Source: Candidatus Thorarchaeota archaeon
GTDB taxonomy: Archaea > Asgardarchaeota > Thorarchaeia > Thorarchaeales > Thorarchaeaceae
NCBI GenBank assembly: GCA_048882385.1
Contig: JBHLRQ010000072.1
Coordinates: 1-16,709, forward strand
Direction: 5' to 3'
DNA: 16,709 nt
A model generated the notes under the pieces. That model searched no databases. It was not told where the DNA came from and was given only the letters and a program-made list of their open reading frames with translations. This document shows positions 14,032 through 16,709 of this stretch, piece by piece; position 1 is the stretch's first letter, and the number at the start of each line of letters is the position of its first letter. The position numbers were made by a program, and so were the translations under genes.

Positions 14032-15753
14032 TCAATCAAAACTCAGGGTTCTAGAAAGCCAATCAGGAAGATCAATTTCCAATGTTACCTCTAGCTTTGC
14101 TATATCGTTGATTGGACCAACTGATTTGATTCTAGCAGCACGTTTTGCACCTATACCAGGAACAGATTTCCATTGGGTCAGTGATGCTTTTTGAACAACA
14201 AAGGGATAAGGAAGAACAGTGAGCGAACGTGGTCCGTGATCAACAACGAAGACATCCTTTGGAACGATATCAGCTCCCTTAGGCATATGACATAGAAGGG
14301 GGTATGTTCCAAGAGGTCTCAGAAGAAGGCTATTACCAATTTGACCATCTACATAGACAGATTTGACAACGGTACCAAGTGGGGCAACTCGTTTAATCAT
14401 TTCAATATCTATGGTATCGCGAATCATCTGTTTATGTTTGAAAAACTGATTTCTCTTGATTCTCGTTCCATAGTTCTGATTTACCCCAGTTCCAGGCAGA
14501 CCTATCACTTGGCGAACATTAATTCTACGGACGAGCAGACCCTCATTGAGTAGCTGATTTAGAAAATTCATATTGTGGCTCAATGTCTTCTTTGATTCTC
14601 CAGGAAGACCATAGAGTAGGTTTATGCCAGGCAGAAGGTGCGGGAGCCCCCATGGTTCACGAGCTCCACCCACCTCATTCAACAACCTAACTGCTGCTAT
14701 CACCTCTTCTACATCTGCCTTCAGGTTATTTCTGCGAATAACCTCTGGATCTGTGGATTCAACACCAAAAGCAGCAACATCACCTGGAGTGTGATATTTC
14801 ATGATAGATTTGGCTACTTCTTTTGATTCTTGGGGATGCCGCGCAAGAGTTCCAGGATTGACATTATCAATATGTAGTACTTCTAGAGCAGGGGCACCGT
14901 TTCTTATCTTTGCGAACAGGTCATCAACCGCTTTTGGACTGGGAGTAGGAAACTCAAGCTCACCCATCTCACGAGACCCATACGTGAAAAGATCAGCTTG
15001 ATGGCCAATGCGAAATGCACGGACTCCTTGTTCATATAGGGCATGAATCTCTCCCGCAATTGCATTTGCATCACGTTGTTGTGGAGGACCATAAGAAGGC
15101 TCTATACAGAAAGTACAACCTCCAGAGATAAATCTTGGACATCCACGATACGACTCTATCTCACAGATGATATGACCCTTTGAAAAACCTGGAAATTGAT
15201 TAACAATTGGAACTCCCCGTTTGATAAAATCTTCAATCTCTTCTGAAGTTTTCCGAGTCAGGTTAAGATCTACGGATTCAAAATCATTGTCATGCTTGAG
15301 AGCTTCAGCAATCACAAGCTCCGGGTCCCCACGAACGATGTGGTCGAAGGGAGGTGAGAGAATATCAGCACTCAGAGCAAGTTTTCCTCCCTCAAGGCCA
15401 CAACCAAATCGTGCCCATGGACCGATGAGTACTTTTGGAATGTCCTCAAGTTCTGGGATTGAGAATAACTCATGTGCCTCTCTGACCGAGATTGGTGTGC
15501 CACCAATATATTTCCCAGGTACTATCATTCCTGCTATGAGAATAATGAGATCTGTCTTAGACCAGATTTCTTGTGCTCTCTGAAAGCTTTCACGAACTTG
15601 ATCAATCGTTATGTATAGGACTTCCGTTTTTGGAAACTGGGTCCAGATTGCACCTGCAACATAGCGAGGGTAGATACTGACATAGGGCGGAACACCGAGG
15701 CATGTTGGCTCATCAACATACCCGTCGACAAGGGCGACTCGTTCCACGTGCAT
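14032..15753 (-). CDS. Radical SAM protein with C-terminal helix-hairpin-helix (COG1031-like)
   Basis: N-terminal DGYVDEPTCLGVPPY, cluster motif RGCPRFISGGCTFC, LHIDNVNP, FGVES and HhH motif VPGIGAKRA. ATG 15753 has AGGTG 6 nt upstream; the alternative start is GTG 15762. Confidence 0.88.
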   Translation of the reverse strand: MHVERVALVDGYVDEPTCLGVPPYVSIYPRYVAGAIWTQFPKTEVLYITIDQVRESFQRAQEIWSKTDLIILIAGMIVPGKYIGGTPISVREAHELFSIPELEDIPKVLIGPWARFGCGLEGGKLALSADILSPPFDHIVRGDPELVIAEALKHDNDFESVDLNLTRKTSEEIEDFIKRGVPIVNQFPGFSKGHIICEIESYRGCPRFISGGCTFCIEPSYGPPQQRDANAIAGEIHALYEQGVRAFRIGHQADLFTYGSREMGELEFPTPSPKAVDDLFAKIRNGAPALEVLHIDNVNPGTLARHPQESKEVAKSIMKYHTPGDVAAFGVESTDPEVIRRNNLKADVEEVIAAVRLLNEVGGAREPWGLPHLLPGINLLYGLPGESKKTLSHNMNFLNQLLNEGLLVRRINVRQVIGLPGTGVNQNYGTRIKRNQFFKHKQMIRDTIDIEMIKRVAPLGTVVKSVYVDGQIGNSLLLRPLGTYPLLCHMPKGADIVPKDVFVVDHGPRSLTVLPYPFVVQKASLTQWKSVPGIGAKRAARIKSVGPINDIAKLEVTLEIDLPDWLSRTLSFD

Positions 15754-15766
15754 TTGGTTCACCTAC

Positions 15767-16709
15767 CTATTTCCATTCCTTGAAGTTATCGTATCCTGAA
15801 GACGGAATGGGGAGGTAGCCTTCCTCTGACTCCCAGACTACTTTGTTTCCTCTGACTACCGAGCCTATCTCTTTGAAAAAGACCTTCTTCTTCTTGGTAA
15901 TCTCCAAAGCTTCATCATACTTGTTCGAAGGAATTGTAAGGACTAAGAGAAACTCTTCGCCGCCCTGTGTCACCATATTCAATGTACTCAATTTATTTTG
16001 ACGACAGAAGAACTCCACCTCAGGCGTGACAGGGAGGTCTTCGACTATTATTCCACATTTGCTCATCTTAGCAATAGTGTGCAATGTGATGCCAAGACCA
16101 TCACTACTATCCATCGAGGCTGAAACAGCCCCTGCTTTTGCAAGTGAGGTCACAAGATTGAGGTGAATCTTTGGACGGTAGGCAGCTGCTAGCGCTTCCT
16201 GATGCAGTTCAGATTCAGCTTGGAGTCCTCGAAATATTATTTCAAATGCAACCGATGTTAGCCCAAAATATCCTGTGACCACAACACTATCTCCCTCCTG
16301 TGCACCACTCCGTGACACAATTTCTCCTGGCGGAGCAGTACCAAGTGCAACTCCAGTTAGAACAACGTCTTCACACATTCCAATGTCGCCCCCAAGGTAT
16401 GGAATGCCTTCCTTGAGTCCATAGTGTGAAAAACCACGTATTAGCTCGCTGGCCTTCTCAACTTCATAATCATCAGGCACACAGAGAGAGAGCATCGTGG
16501 CCAGTGGCTTCGCACCCTTTGCAGCCAAGTCACTCAGAGCCATTACTGCAGTCTTACGTCCAACTTGAGCAGGCGTCATTCCACGTAACCAGTCAGTCTT
16601 TCGCACAAAGGTATCAACGTTGACAACAAGATTGTTCTTGTCAGATATCGGAATATCTGAGGCATCATCGTCGAAGCTTAATACTGCACCGTCTGGTGTA
16701 TCGACAAAA
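15767..16709 (-). CDS. thiL: Thiamine-monophosphate kinase, 5'-truncated by the window edge
   Basis: The frame stays open to the edge (FVDTPDGAVLSFDDDASD...VVNVDTFV). Motifs LSDLAAKGAKP, GGD, RSGAQEGD, MDSSDGL and GGEEF. Confidence 0.92.
   Translation of the reverse strand, partial: FVDTPDGAVLSFDDDASDIPISDKNNLVVNVDTFVRKTDWLRGMTPAQVGRKTAVMALSDLAAKGAKPLATMLSLCVPDDYEVEKASELIRGFSHYGLKEGIPYLGGDIGMCEDVVLTGVALGTAPPGEIVSRSGAQEGDSVVVTGYFGLTSVAFEIIFRGLQAESELHQEALAAAYRPKIHLNLVTSLAKAGAVSASMDSSDGLGITLHTIAKMSKCGIIVEDLPVTPEVEFFCRQNKLSTLNMVTQGGEEFLLVLTIPSNKYDEALEITKKKKVFFKEIGSVVRGNKVVWESEEGYLPIPSSGYDNFKEWK

Overview
Archaeal core-genome window. The gene content (eS19, eL39, eL31, aIF6, eL20/LX, prefoldin alpha, Spt5, uL10/P0, P1, FtsZ) and GGTGA/GAGGT ribosome-binding sites are clearly archaeal. 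An Asgard (Thorarchaeota-like) origin is my impression only and is not demonstrated. Positions 1-11024 (+) form a translation/secretion/division superoperon: yhbY-rps19e-PDCD5-rpl39e-rpl31e-eif6-rplX-pfdA-ftsY-argF-pfkB kinase-ftsZ-secE-spt5-rpl11-rpl1-rpl10-rpl12. It is followed by an HDAC-family deacetylase, a DinB-family protein, a minus-strand membrane protein + winged-helix regulator pair with a palindromic operator, a small pilin-like membrane protein, tRNA-Arg(TCT), a radical SAM-HhH protein and a partial thiL. No mobile element or CRISPR array was seen. The most unusual items are a Spt5 with an inserted C2HC zinc finger and an acidic C-terminal tail, structured leaders in front of rps19e and rpl11, an orphan VirB2/CedA1-like small protein, and hairpin+U-tract terminators.
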